Source: a virus
Direction: 5' to 3' (one strand)
IMG/VR virus record: IMGVR_UViG_3300010401_000016
Coordinates: 1 to 43,971 of that record
Length of the DNA: 43,971 nucleotides
Under the pieces are notes generated by a model. That model saw only the letters and a program-made list of their open reading frames with translations. It was not told where the DNA came from and did not search any database. The position numbers were made by a program, and so were the translations under genes. Shown here piece after piece: positions 1-9,113 of this stretch (positions are counted from its first letter, which is position 1; every line of letters begins with the position of its first letter).

Positions 1-123
1 AAACCAGAAAAATCCAGTGAGAGTACAATTTGTAAAGTTTGATGTAGGAGTGAATGCTCCTTTTACAACTGCTGCATCTGCACCAGAAGGAAATTGAGCT
101 ATTTGGAAAACTGAATTTGTACC
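1..123. repeat. Terminal direct repeat, copy 1. It is identical to 43849..43971, so it is either an assembly overlap or terminal redundancy closing a 43,848-bp circle.
   Basis: Bases 1-123 (aaaccagaaaaatccagtgag...ctgaatttgtacc) recur exactly at 43849-43971. The base before 43849 differs from the window end context. Confidence 0.95.
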
Positions 124-1578
124 GATTAATGAACTGAATACACCAGCTTCCAATGTTGCAGCTCTCAATTTTACTGTATGCGAACCTGGAGTAGCAATTG
201 TCAACCAAATACCAACTGTAGCATTTTGAAAATAACTTGCCGGAGAACTATGCTTCCAAACTAATTGATTAGAACCAGAGTCTACTCTAGCATATAACAA
301 TACTGTATGCGCACTTCCAGTGTTTTCAAAAATATCACTATTAAGTGAGAAGAACACGTCTTCATTTGCTCTCGTAGTTGTTATTGGAATTGATAAACCA
401 GTATCTGTAATTGTTTGACTGTTTACATCAAAAGGACTTCCTAAAGAAGCTGCTTTTGTTACTACAGGGAAACTTTCACCTGCGCCACCACCAGCTTTTA
501 AGATCACCATTTTTTGTGGTGAATTTGTGTCCCAATTAATTGTTGCTGATCCACCAGTTCTTTTTACTCTTGGTTTAAATGTGTGAGATCCTGCTGCTAA
601 AGTAACTTTAGCCATACCAGCAAATGCTTCTGTAGCAATCGATGCATTAGAAATTGTAGTTGGAGTTAAATCATAGTCTGTTGAATCAATTCGAACACCC
701 CAAGCCGCCGTTGTATCTGTTGCCGATGTGTTATACCAACCACCTGTATAAAGAATAAGGTAATCACCTGCGGGCATGTCAGTTACAGTTTGATTTGTGT
801 CAACATCAACATAAGAACTTGAAGTTGTGCTGCTAGCTCCTGCAAACGAAAGAAGACTCAAAAATCCTGTTGAACCACCACTTCCACCTGCATTATCATC
901 AACATATTTTTTTGTAGCAGCATCTTGATTCGATGTTGGGTCTGTAACATTAGTAATTTTATGTGATCCCATATCGATAACACCAGACATAGTGCCACCA
1001 GAGAGGGAAAGTTTTGCATCAAGTTGATCTTGAATTGAAGAAGCAGTCGAGATACCTGAAAGTTGTTGAGCTTCCAAAGCTGTTACAACCGAGTCAATAG
1101 GAAGTCCATCGCCATCAGAGATTAAAAGCATATCTGGATCGATTGCGACATTTTCAATAATTTCGTCGCCAGCAGAAACCATAACACGAAGGTTATTTAA
1201 AACTGCATTGGATCCTGTACCACCACGAATAACTTCGAGAACGGTGATCGTATCTTCTTTGCTGTCAAGTTGGGTTTGAACATCAGCATCAATATTTTCC
1301 AAAAAAGAAAGAATAGAATCTTGTAGTCCAGATTCGACAATGAATCCGTCTTCATCAGATACAAGAACTTTATGACCTGTACTTAAATTTCCAGGGGCAA
1401 GTTCGCCATCATCTGTAAGAATAGCTGGAGAACTTTTTAAAGTTTTTCCGTCTTCATTTGCAAAACGAGCAATCGCATTCGCAACTGATTCATTTGGGCC
1501 TACTACGTCACCATCTCCACCGTTACCAGTTTGATTGGTTGTATGCTCAAATTTATTTGGGTGTTTTCTAATAAGCAT
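1..1578 (-). CDS. Tail fibre protein, N-terminal 526 codons. The gene continues across the circular junction into 43486..43848.
   Basis: ATG at 1578-1576 (MLIRKHPNKFEHTTNQTGNGGDG...). The frame stays open to base 1 and is in phase with ORF 43486..43818. It contains the fibre motif LSLSGGTMSGVIDMGSHKITNVTDPTSNQDAATKKYVDD. It is absent from the ORF track only because it has no stop inside the window. Confidence 0.8.
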   Translation of the reverse strand, partial: MLIRKHPNKFEHTTNQTGNGGDGDVVGPNESVANAIARFANEDGKTLKSSPAILTDDGELAPGNLSTGHKVLVSDEDGFIVESGLQDSILSFLENIDADVQTQLDSKEDTITVLEVIRGGTGSNAVLNNLRVMVSAGDEIIENVAIDPDMLLISDGDGLPIDSVVTALEAQQLSGISTASSIQDQLDAKLSLSGGTMSGVIDMGSHKITNVTDPTSNQDAATKKYVDDNAGGSGGSTGFLSLLSFAGASSTTSSSYVDVDTNQTVTDMPAGDYLILYTGGWYNTSATDTTAAWGVRIDSTDYDLTPTTISNASIATEAFAGMAKVTLAAGSHTFKPRVKRTGGSATINWDTNSPQKMVILKAGGGAGESFPVVTKAASLGSPFDVNSQTITDTGLSIPITTTRANEDVFFSLNSDIFENTGSAHTVLLYARVDSGSNQLVWKHSSPASYFQNATVGIWLTIATPGSHTVKLRAATLEAGVFSSLIGTNSVFQIAQFPSGADAAVVKGAFTPTSNFTNCTLTGFFWF

Positions 1579-1579
1579 T

Positions 1580-1936
1580 TTATAAACTCAATTCGCTACC
1601 TAACACTATAAAATTAATTTTGTCTGCATTGCTAACTTTGCACATCAAAACGTCTTCAGCAATTCCTTGAATTGGAAGACCAGCACCTTCGAGAATTTCT
1701 GTTGAATTTGCTGCAATACTTACTTGGTAAAATAAAGCTTGATCAACTGATGGTGTATCACCAACAGTGCAAAGATAAATATCAACTGTGACTGCAACTG
1801 TGTGGGTGTTGCAAATCATAATCTTATTGATCTCTTTGATCTGATTTCCAATAGGTTGAAATAATGTAACTGGATCGGTTGAATCGGGACTTACACGAGC
1901 CAATACCTGATCGCTTTCTTTATAACTTCTAATCAT
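1580..1936 (-). CDS. Hypothetical virion-module protein (118 aa).
   Basis: Track ORF. Its stop lies 1 nt before the fibre ATG, and its start overlaps the upstream gene end (1929..1936), so it is tightly coupled in the structural operon. Confidence 0.6.
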   Translation of the reverse strand: MIRSYKESDQVLARVSPDSTDPVTLFQPIGNQIKEINKIMICNTHTVAVTVDIYLCTVGDTPSVDQALFYQVSIAANSTEILEGAGLPIQGIAEDVLMCKVSNADKINFIVLGSELSL

Positions 1937-2912
1937 ATTTTTTATTCCTCATAAATCTAAAACGCTCTGTTGTGATATTGAGATTTTGGAGGTTCACACG
2001 AGCAAACTTAGAATCAAATTTGTTTTTAAATTGGTTTCCCTCGGTTACAAGAGCATCGAACATTCTCTTTGCTGATTGTAAATATTTATCAGCTCGATCA
2101 TCATCAAGCTCTTTCATGAATCTGTAGCAGGTCAATTCTGCGATGACCAAACGTCTGTGTTTTGGAAGCAGAGGGTTTACTGCTGGGTCAATCGACAATG
2201 CAGTTGGTACTGGAATGCAATCAATAGAGATGGTGGATATTCCCTCTGGATATGAATCCAAACGAATTGTAAAATTGTATGCTTCGTCTTGAAGGATCGA
2301 TCCAGCTTTGCAAGGAATTTGTTTTCGAATGCAGTTGATTGGATAAGCAGCTTCAAATGCTTCTTTATCCAGAAGATCTAGTTGTTTATTGATTCTATTT
2401 GCTGTTCTAAACATTACTTTTGAAAGTGGAACAAGAACATTCGCAAATGTATAATCAAGTTTGAAAATTTCGACTGATTCAAGTGCAGTTGTGGCTTCAG
2501 TGAATTCTTCAACAAGAGTTAAAGTTGCAGAGCCACCAGTATGTGATGCGATTTTGTAAACGACATCATTGGTTAAAAATTTTATGTAATAGCCAGCGAG
2601 GGAAGGAGTATAGCTTGAGTTTAGCGTTACTGTTTTGCTTCCGTTTGTGCTTGAGGCTGTTTTGCTCGTAATTGGAGCTTCAACTTTAAGAGAAAGTTTG
2701 TTTATTTGTTTTGCCCAGGGAAATACTTGTGGGCGACGAATGGGTTGACCACCGTCATCAAGATTTAATTCGCCACCACCTGCGAGAATTGTTTTATGAG
2801 CATTGTCGAGTTCAGCGATGATGCTTTCTCGAAAGTCTGCCGGACTATTCGCATTTGTGCTGATTACACCTTCGCAATATTCTACAAGTTCTTCAGTCGT
2901 TTCAAATGCCAT
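1929..2912 (-). CDS. Hypothetical structural protein (327 aa), possibly an adaptor or tail component by position.
   Basis: Track ORF with an AGAGGA Shine-Dalgarno site upstream of the ATG at 2912. It lies between the capsid genes and the fibre. Confidence 0.6.
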   Translation of the reverse strand: MAFETTEELVEYCEGVISTNANSPADFRESIIAELDNAHKTILAGGGELNLDDGGQPIRRPQVFPWAKQINKLSLKVEAPITSKTASSTNGSKTVTLNSSYTPSLAGYYIKFLTNDVVYKIASHTGGSATLTLVEEFTEATTALESVEIFKLDYTFANVLVPLSKVMFRTANRINKQLDLLDKEAFEAAYPINCIRKQIPCKAGSILQDEAYNFTIRLDSYPEGISTISIDCIPVPTALSIDPAVNPLLPKHRRLVIAELTCYRFMKELDDDRADKYLQSAKRMFDALVTEGNQFKNKFDSKFARVNLQNLNITTERFRFMRNKKYD

Positions 2913-3001
2913 AATCCTCTATTTGGGGGAGACTGACTAATGACTTGGAATGGAAGTGGATGGGATCACCAGCCAGCCTTATTCCCCCGTTTAAATCTTT
3001 G

Positions 3002-3406
3002 TTAAGAATTTGCTTTTTGCAAACGTCGAAGAATCTTGTCTTCTTCTGACATGGTGCTTGCATCAAGTATTTGCTGAATGCGAGGAGGCGACTTCAATTC
3101 TTTCGATGCGTATTTTTTATACAGCATGTACATATTGACGTTTTTGCCTTCTTCGACAAGTTCAGCAGCTTCTGCCTTAACAGCAGCAGCAATTTCTGAT
3201 GGGAGTTTTAATCCCAATTCTTTAACAGTTTCATCACTTACGGGATCGCCATTATCATCATAATAAGCGTTTTCTTTGAAAACGTAAGAAATATCTAATC
3301 TTCCCAGTGCATGAAATCTGCGCTTTGGTTGATCCAGAACGATTCGCTTTACGCCTTCGCTATCCGTTTCAGACCTATGCGGCTTGAATTTTTTGTGTAT
3401 CGACAT
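3002..3406 (-). CDS. Hypothetical protein (134 aa).
   Basis: Track ORF on the strand of the structural operon, downstream of terminator 3473..3510. Confidence 0.55.
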   Translation of the reverse strand: MSIHKKFKPHRSETDSEGVKRIVLDQPKRRFHALGRLDISYVFKENAYYDDNGDPVSDETVKELGLKLPSEIAAAVKAEAAELVEEGKNVNMYMLYKKYASKELKSPPRIQQILDASTMSEEDKILRRLQKANS

Positions 3407-3472
3407 TATGTCTCCCTGTTATTTATTTAAGCATGTAACCACTTAGTTACATACACATATGTTACCATATGA

Positions 3473-3510
3473 TTTAAAAAAGCACAAGGGAACCTTTCGA
3501 TTCCCTTGCA
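3473..3510 (-). terminator. Rho-independent terminator after the capsid gene pair.
   Basis: On the minus strand: CAAGGGAA (3508-3501), an 8-nt loop, TTCCCTTG (3492-3485), then TGC and TTTTTT (plus-strand A6 at 3476-3481). Confidence 0.7.
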
Positions 3511-3522
3511 CTTGAATTACGA

Positions 3523-3912
3523 TTATTTTTCAATATTCGTAGGTTCGTTAATTGCGTTTTCGTAAAGATCACGAACAATCAACACAGCTTCGAAAAGCTT
3601 GTCATCGGTAGATGCAACAGTGATGTTGAATTCTACTTTGTCACCAGCTTTAAGGACTAAGCCACGCTTAGATTCGTCTTTCAGAACCTTAGCAGACAAG
3701 TCGCCTGTGCCAGATACGATACTACCACCAGCACCAGCAACACCGTTTACGTCAATTCTGACGGTCATGGTTGTAGCTTCTGTGCCTTTGATATAAAGAG
3801 CTGGGTATTGCAATTCACATCGTTTTGCGATGTAGATTGTCGAGGCTACTCCAGTTGCTTCTGTATCGGTTACTGCGGAACCCTGTAATCGGATAAAATC
3901 TCCTGCATTCAT
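3523..3912 (-). CDS. Hypothetical capsid-associated protein (129 aa), possibly a decoration protein by position.
   Basis: Track ORF immediately downstream of the major capsid gene and followed by a terminator. Confidence 0.55.
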   Translation of the reverse strand: MNAGDFIRLQGSAVTDTEATGVASTIYIAKRCELQYPALYIKGTEATTMTVRIDVNGVAGAGGSIVSGTGDLSAKVLKDESKRGLVLKAGDKVEFNITVASTDDKLFEAVLIVRDLYENAINEPTNIEK

Positions 3913-3924
3913 GTTGGCTCCCTT

Positions 3925-4866
3925 CTAGCTTGATGTTCCGTGAATTACTTTAGCTTCGCCTTGATTAGCCGTGTCCCAAATAAGGTCAGCGTTATAATCA
4001 GCGATCCAAGCAAATCCAAGGAATCGTTTGTAGTTACGATAGTCATATCGAATTTCAGGCTTCATAGCAACTGCCATAGCAACTGCATCAGCACCGAATA
4101 CGGCAAACTCACCCAAAACACCAGACGAACCTTTTGAGTTCGAGAATGCTTTGTCGTGGTTCGTTTCAACGAAACGAATGCCTTCGATTTCGCCAATTTC
4201 ACCATTGAAAAGGGCGCGTTCACGATTATCATATTGATTCCAGCTCACGAAGAGGGAATCATCTTTGATACCACGCAATGCTTTGGTTGTGCCGATAAGG
4301 ACATAACCGCCACCTGGAAGTTGCGGAACTTTGTAAGTACCGAACAACAGGTCACGAAGCTGTTTAGCGTGATAGAAGTTCAAATTCGCAAGTGCGAGAG
4401 TAGATGGCGTACCATCGTCGTCCAACACATACGAGCTTGCACCCGTGGGGATATATTTAAGCTTTGCATTTTTAAATGCAGAAGCGACTACAGCGTCCAT
4501 GTCGAGCGCAGCATCTTCAACGAGAGATTGTTCAATTTCAGGGGAAACTGAGAACATTCCGCGAGTTTGCAAGCGACCAGTCATGATCACCGAATTACCA
4601 CGTTCTTTAATGGTAATTTTCTTTTGTGTAATATCCAGATGTGATTCTGGAAGATTGTCTAATTCACTGACTTCACTTGAGTCGCGTTCAGCAATTTTAG
4701 AAATGCGTGGAATCGTGGTCGATTCACCCATTTGTTTGCCAAATCCATCAACAGGTTTTGCAAATTGTGTGAACACGGTATTTGCAAGAGCTTGTCGATA
4801 AAGGCGACTAACGTGATTGTCTGTCAACGCGCCTTCAGGCACATCGGCTTCATATGTTTCAATCAT
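3925..4866 (-). CDS. Major capsid protein, HK97 fold (N4-gp56-like family).
   Basis: 313 aa, downstream of portal and scaffold. Typical C-terminal region: GEIGEIEGIRFVETN...FGADAVAMAVAMKPEIRYD...GFAWIADY. Confidence 0.85.
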   Translation of the reverse strand: MIETYEADVPEGALTDNHVSRLYRQALANTVFTQFAKPVDGFGKQMGESTTIPRISKIAERDSSEVSELDNLPESHLDITQKKITIKERGNSVIMTGRLQTRGMFSVSPEIEQSLVEDAALDMDAVVASAFKNAKLKYIPTGASSYVLDDDGTPSTLALANLNFYHAKQLRDLLFGTYKVPQLPGGGYVLIGTTKALRGIKDDSLFVSWNQYDNRERALFNGEIGEIEGIRFVETNHDKAFSNSKGSSGVLGEFAVFGADAVAMAVAMKPEIRYDYRNYKRFLGFAWIADYNADLIWDTANQGEAKVIHGTSS

Positions 4867-4891
4867 GTAGTTCTCCTACTTGTGAAGCAAC

Positions 4892-5551
4892 TTATTTTTT
4901 TGTTCTATAAATGGAATTGTTGCGTAAGATCTCAATTGGATCAAACTTTTCGCCCTGGGTTTCGTCTTGCTTTTGCGACTTACCAACAGAGGATACCGAT
5001 CTTTTGCCGCCCGAATTCAAAGTCGTAGAGCCAGTAGTCTCTTCTTCTTCAGATTCTTGAGTGGGTAGACCAAACAATTTTCCGAGTGTTTCTAAAGCGT
5101 CATCAGATTTATTTAATGCATCTTTATACATCGTGTCTGACAAATACCGAATACGGTCTTTACCATGCACTTTAACAAGTGAAGGATTTTTAGTGAAAAA
5201 CTCATTAAAAATTTCTTCGTTGTTTTGTATGCGTTCTGCATCTTGTTTACTGACTTTTCCTTGTGTCACAACAGCGTTATGAAGTTGTTTCAAAGCTTCC
5301 TTCGGATCTTCCTCGTAAGTTTTGATAACGTCACTAAGTTCAGGAATTTTTTCCTGAGCCGTGTTCATAAATTTTCTGCGATGACCTAACTCGTTCCCTT
5401 GTTTACCAACAGTTGAGGATAACTTTTTTATAGTTTCCGCAGCTTGTTGTTTAGTATACTTTTTTCCATCAACTTCGATAATATCAGTTGCTTCTGATTT
5501 ATCTGCTTGATCAAGACCATCCTGACCAGCATTCTTTGCATCGTCGTTCAT
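4892..5551 (-). CDS. Scaffolding protein (putative).
   Basis: 219 aa, highly charged and helical (K/E/Q-rich), located between the portal and the major capsid gene. Confidence 0.6.
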   Translation of the reverse strand: MNDDAKNAGQDGLDQADKSEATDIIEVDGKKYTKQQAAETIKKLSSTVGKQGNELGHRRKFMNTAQEKIPELSDVIKTYEEDPKEALKQLHNAVVTQGKVSKQDAERIQNNEEIFNEFFTKNPSLVKVHGKDRIRYLSDTMYKDALNKSDDALETLGKLFGLPTQESEEEETTGSTTLNSGGKRSVSSVGKSQKQDETQGEKFDPIEILRNNSIYRTKK

Positions 5552-5601
5552 ATTTCCCCAGCTCTCCCCGTCGTTTACGGCTTCTGTAGATTGTTAAACA
5601 A

Positions 5602-5841
5602 TTACTCTTTCTTAGGCGTTCCCTGAGAAATGATTCGACTAGCGTCGTAATTGAATTCGCTAGCCATACTGAATATACTATGAAGTTTACCACACAAAAC
5701 CTGTAATGTAAAGTCAGGTATTGTAGTGCCATGTATGGCATTCGTGGTATTCTGCACAATTAATGTAACTGATTGTTCCAACTGCTTTTCAAGCTTCTCT
5801 CTCAAGTTCGCTGGAACCCCTTTAAACACTCTATCAAACAT
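5602..5841 (-). CDS. Hypothetical protein (79 aa). The start is refined from the track value of 5874.
   Basis: ATG at 5841 is preceded by AGGAGG and overlaps the portal stop (GGAGGAAGTAATGTTTGA). Confidence 0.5.
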   Translation of the reverse strand: MFDRVFKGVPANLREKLEKQLEQSVTLIVQNTTNAIHGTTIPDFTLQVLCGKLHSIFSMASEFNYDASRIISQGTPKKE

Positions 5842-7849
5842 TACTTCCTCCTTCGTTTCCCGAAACCATACCATCTGGTATTTGTGTTGCGTTTGCAGGA
5901 CTTACAGCAGCAGGGCCAGCTTCAGGCGAGGGAGCTGCTTGTGGGGCAGGTTGTCCTTGCTGAACTTGTGCTTTCATCATAATTTGTTCCTTGATCGTTT
6001 GTACCATCATTTCACGTTCCATCTCTTGAGGAGTCAAGGCTATTTCCTCAATATCCAATCCAGATGTTTTTACCAGCTCTTTGAAGAGTTTTGGTATCGA
6101 AACACCTTGTTGAATCTGTTCCATAAGGGCAGGATTTTGTCCGGCAATAGAAAGAAGCGACATATATTGCTGCATTTTCTGATTGCTGGCTGCGATTGAT
6201 CGGATCCCTTTTCCCTTGAATCTGAAAGCATCTGCACCATATTCGAATCTTTTATTTTTTGCGAGATCCTTAAATTCCTGGATTAGAACTGCTTGAAGTT
6301 TTCCTGGATCAACATCTTTACGATATTTTTCTGCGTATACGATCATTTCATGACCTTCAAAAGCAGCCATCAAAACATCATCATCAATCTTGTCAGCATT
6401 TTGTAAGATTTCGCACCAAGCTTGTTCTACAAGTGGGACAATAAATCCTGTTTCAAAATCTGCACAGAAATTGTCAAAAATTCCTTGAATAGATGCACCA
6501 GCAGCAGAAACTTCTGTTGCTTTTACAGCTTTGTCAGGAAGTTGACCTGAAAGAGAGATTTCATTTTGCATTACGTTTTCTGCAAAAGAAGATCCACAAA
6601 TTCCAAGAACATTAAAAACTTCTTGAGGAACTTGTCCTGTCTCAACAGTTGTCAATGCGTCCGCATTTGGTGGAGCGAGTTCATTTAAAAATAAAGTAGT
6701 ATCAGGTTCCATTCCATCTTCTGCTTGAGTCGGATCTGCAAGCCATGCCATGCGAACTTGTTTAATTCCATGTACAGATTTTCTTGCTCCATCAACAGAG
6801 AGGGAAATCAATTCGTCCATATAACGATTAAGATCAACACCTGCATCGATCATTGCTTTTGGTTGTTTAGCACCTTGAACACGAATAAGATTTTGTGTGA
6901 TGAAGGGTCTTCGTTTACTCCATCGAGGATTTGTTTCTGGTTCTCTAATTAATTCTTTTTCATTTGCGAATGTACAGAGAACATTTTCAAGAGGAATGAT
7001 AGTTCCATCTTTTTTCTTGTATTGCATGATCATACCTTGTCGATCAAGCAATGTTCCCCAAAATTCGTGGACAGTAATTGGTTTTCTTCGTCCTTGTTTC
7101 GGAGAAGATGATTCATCAGGTTTTTTTGGATCCTGAACATCGACAGGTCTTACTTCTGCTTTCAGACATTCCAATTTTTCCTTCATGTAAGGTTTCTTTT
7201 TATTTGGTTTGTCGTCTGACAATTGATAAAGAGAATAATAGTCTACATTTTCCTCGTGAATCTCATAGAGATCTTGAGATGGGTCTGTGTGGTAATTTTT
7301 ATATGGAAGAACATCAAGAAAAAGCATCCACTTCATTTCTTGTTTGCCATTGATGTTGTAATATTTTTGAACAGGGACTTCTCTGCCTGTTATTTTAACT
7401 GTGGATCGAGATTCGATAACACCATTCTTCATGGAGTCACCGACTTTAAGCATTACTTCCGCTTCGTCGAGATAACTCATCAAAATACGTTTTGCAACTG
7501 TGTCTGTGATCAATCCAGTAGGATCTGCATAGCCAGGACGATTTTCTACGACAAGCCACTTGTCGAAGTTCATAATTCCCTTTTTCATTTGAGCTGTGAT
7601 TTGATCAACAGCCAAACCTGCTTTGTTTAAATGGATACGAGCTTGTTCAGGAGCTTTCTTACCCCAATCAATATCGCCATTGTACATTCTCCAGTTATTA
7701 TCGTTTTTTACGATTCGTTCTATCTCAGACAATCGAGCTTCTTGAAGGCATTCTTTAAATGCCTCAACGATTTCCACATCCTGATTTTTATATTCGTCTT
7801 CTTTGGTGTCTTCTACTGTGGATCCGTATTTATTTTGTTCGTCTGACAT
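5834..7849 (-). CDS. Portal protein.
   Basis: 671 aa, immediately downstream of the terminase and upstream of scaffold and capsid. It has the acidic N-terminus and Pro/Ala/Gln-rich C-terminus common in podovirus portals. Confidence 0.8.
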   Translation of the reverse strand: MSDEQNKYGSTVEDTKEDEYKNQDVEIVEAFKECLQEARLSEIERIVKNDNNWRMYNGDIDWGKKAPEQARIHLNKAGLAVDQITAQMKKGIMNFDKWLVVENRPGYADPTGLITDTVAKRILMSYLDEAEVMLKVGDSMKNGVIESRSTVKITGREVPVQKYYNINGKQEMKWMLFLDVLPYKNYHTDPSQDLYEIHEENVDYYSLYQLSDDKPNKKKPYMKEKLECLKAEVRPVDVQDPKKPDESSSPKQGRRKPITVHEFWGTLLDRQGMIMQYKKKDGTIIPLENVLCTFANEKELIREPETNPRWSKRRPFITQNLIRVQGAKQPKAMIDAGVDLNRYMDELISLSVDGARKSVHGIKQVRMAWLADPTQAEDGMEPDTTLFLNELAPPNADALTTVETGQVPQEVFNVLGICGSSFAENVMQNEISLSGQLPDKAVKATEVSAAGASIQGIFDNFCADFETGFIVPLVEQAWCEILQNADKIDDDVLMAAFEGHEMIVYAEKYRKDVDPGKLQAVLIQEFKDLAKNKRFEYGADAFRFKGKGIRSIAASNQKMQQYMSLLSIAGQNPALMEQIQQGVSIPKLFKELVKTSGLDIEEIALTPQEMEREMMVQTIKEQIMMKAQVQQGQPAPQAAPSPEAGPAAVSPANATQIPDGMVSGNEGGSNV

Positions 7850-7859
7850 TATGTCTCCA

Positions 7860-8132
7860 TTAATTAATCAAGCTTAGTGTGCAAAAGTATGTGTTGAATT
7901 CATATGGCGTGTCTGTCCAGGCAATGAATATCGAACTTGTTCTGCAATTTTTACATTTATATGTTTCATACTGATGATATATTAAATCTTTTGTAATGAC
8001 ATGATGACTGCATCGTGGGCATCTAGGTGCATGTTCGGATTGACCGACATTTTTAGTGTCATGACCCAACTTTTTAACCTTAATCAACTTCCTAGAAGTT
8101 GTAATAAGAAATTTTTCTTTTTCGCCTCTCAC
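7860..8132 (-). CDS. Zinc-ribbon-like protein (90 aa, GTG start). It may be the downstream half of a frame-broken gene together with 8092..8253.
   Basis: Track ORF containing CPRC...CKNC. It overlaps ORF 8092..8253 by 41 nt in the +1 frame. Confidence 0.4.
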   Translation of the reverse strand: MRGEKEKFLITTSRKLIKVKKLGHDTKNVGQSEHAPRCPRCSHHVITKDLIYHQYETYKCKNCRTSSIFIAWTDTPYEFNTYFCTLSLIN

Positions 8133-8253
8133 GTCGTACTTTCGCTTCTTGTTCGTCTTTTATACAATTATGGCAGGTTCCGATTGTTTTCGCACTTGCC
8201 TTCAAACTCTTGGCGCATATCTTACATTCTGTATAAATATCTAATTTACTCAT
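8092..8253 (-). CDS. Small zinc-ribbon protein (53 aa), below the track length cutoff.
   Basis: Hand translation gives MSKLDIYTECKICAKSLKASAKTIGTCHNCIKDEQEAKVRRERRKRKISYYNF. The ATG overlaps the terL stop as ATGA. It contains two CxxC pairs. Confidence 0.45.
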   Translation of the reverse strand: MSKLDIYTECKICAKSLKASAKTIGTCHNCIKDEQEAKVRRERRKRKISYYNF

Positions 8254-9113
8254 AAATTATACTTCGCCGTTACGGGCTTTACGTTACCAAAGCCTCGATT
8301 CATCATTTTAACATAATTTGTTATTCTAGTACAGACGTACTGTAAAGCATCGTGAATGTGGGAATATTCATTCTTCATAGGCTTTTCACTAAAGTGACTG
8401 TCAGCACCGCGAACAACTTTTTTGTATTTATAACCTGAACTGAATCCTTCATTCAAAACTTTATTCGCCGGATCACTCTGAAGTGTCGGCTTACCGTTTG
8501 AAAGACCACAAAGCAGCGTCATTACAGCATTAATTCTGGATTCTGGATTCTGTTCTCCTGGAACTGGTTGCAAACCATTCTTAACCATTACCTTATAGCA
8601 ACTGTTATTGGTCGCCTGCTCTTGAAACATGCCTGCCGGATCAATTACGTCAATAACCTTTCCAACCGCACCAAAATCTCGATTGAATGCTCCTAGAATC
8701 GAGGGAACTGCGATTTCGCTTCCTGCTCCTTCTGTGATGTATTCTTTCAAGATCCAAAGTGTATTTTCGTAGAACTGTACGACAACACAGCACTGATTCA
8801 GGCCAAAATCCCATCCACGAAATATTGGAAGCCCAGGACGGACTTTTATGGACTTCGTGGTAATGTGAATATTTCTGTTGAAGTTCCTACCATAGACAGG
8901 TTTGTCTGCGGAGGTTTCCCAATTCATTTCATATTCTCGTTCCCATTGTTCTTGGGACTTACCTTTACGCTCTTCGTCGTACCAGTCTTTGTTATCTTTC
9001 TTCGGGTTCGCAGTATAGTGCAATTCTGCGCAAAAAAATCCATTCATTGGATTTACCCAACTCTTGAATCCCTTTTCCCTCTTTGCAGGTATTTTAAGTT
9101 TAAACTTTTTCAT
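8250..9113 (-). CDS. terL: Terminase large subunit, C-terminal (nuclease) segment.
   Basis: Contains WEREYEMNWE, GWDFGLN, IDVIDPAG and HIHDALQYV, which are RNase H-like terminase nuclease motifs. It is in the +1 frame relative to 9100..9789. Confidence 0.85.
   Translation of the reverse strand: MKKFKLKIPAKREKGFKSWVNPMNGFFCAELHYTANPKKDNKDWYDEERKGKSQEQWEREYEMNWETSADKPVYGRNFNRNIHITTKSIKVRPGLPIFRGWDFGLNQCCVVVQFYENTLWILKEYITEGAGSEIAVPSILGAFNRDFGAVGKVIDVIDPAGMFQEQATNNSCYKVMVKNGLQPVPGEQNPESRINAVMTLLCGLSNGKPTLQSDPANKVLNEGFSSGYKYKKVVRGADSHFSEKPMKNEYSHIHDALQYVCTRITNYVKMMNRGFGNVKPVTAKYNL

Noticed and set aside
2963-2978. Chi-like GCTGGTGA on the minus strand (GGCTGGCTGGTGATCC).
   Set aside because: The last base differs from E. 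coli Chi (GCTGGTGG), there is only a single copy, and the host is unknown.
7860-8132. An HNH endonuclease next to the terminase.
   Set aside because: CxxC pairs and a His-His are present, but I cannot place the H-N-H catalytic residues. I call it only a zinc-ribbon-like protein.
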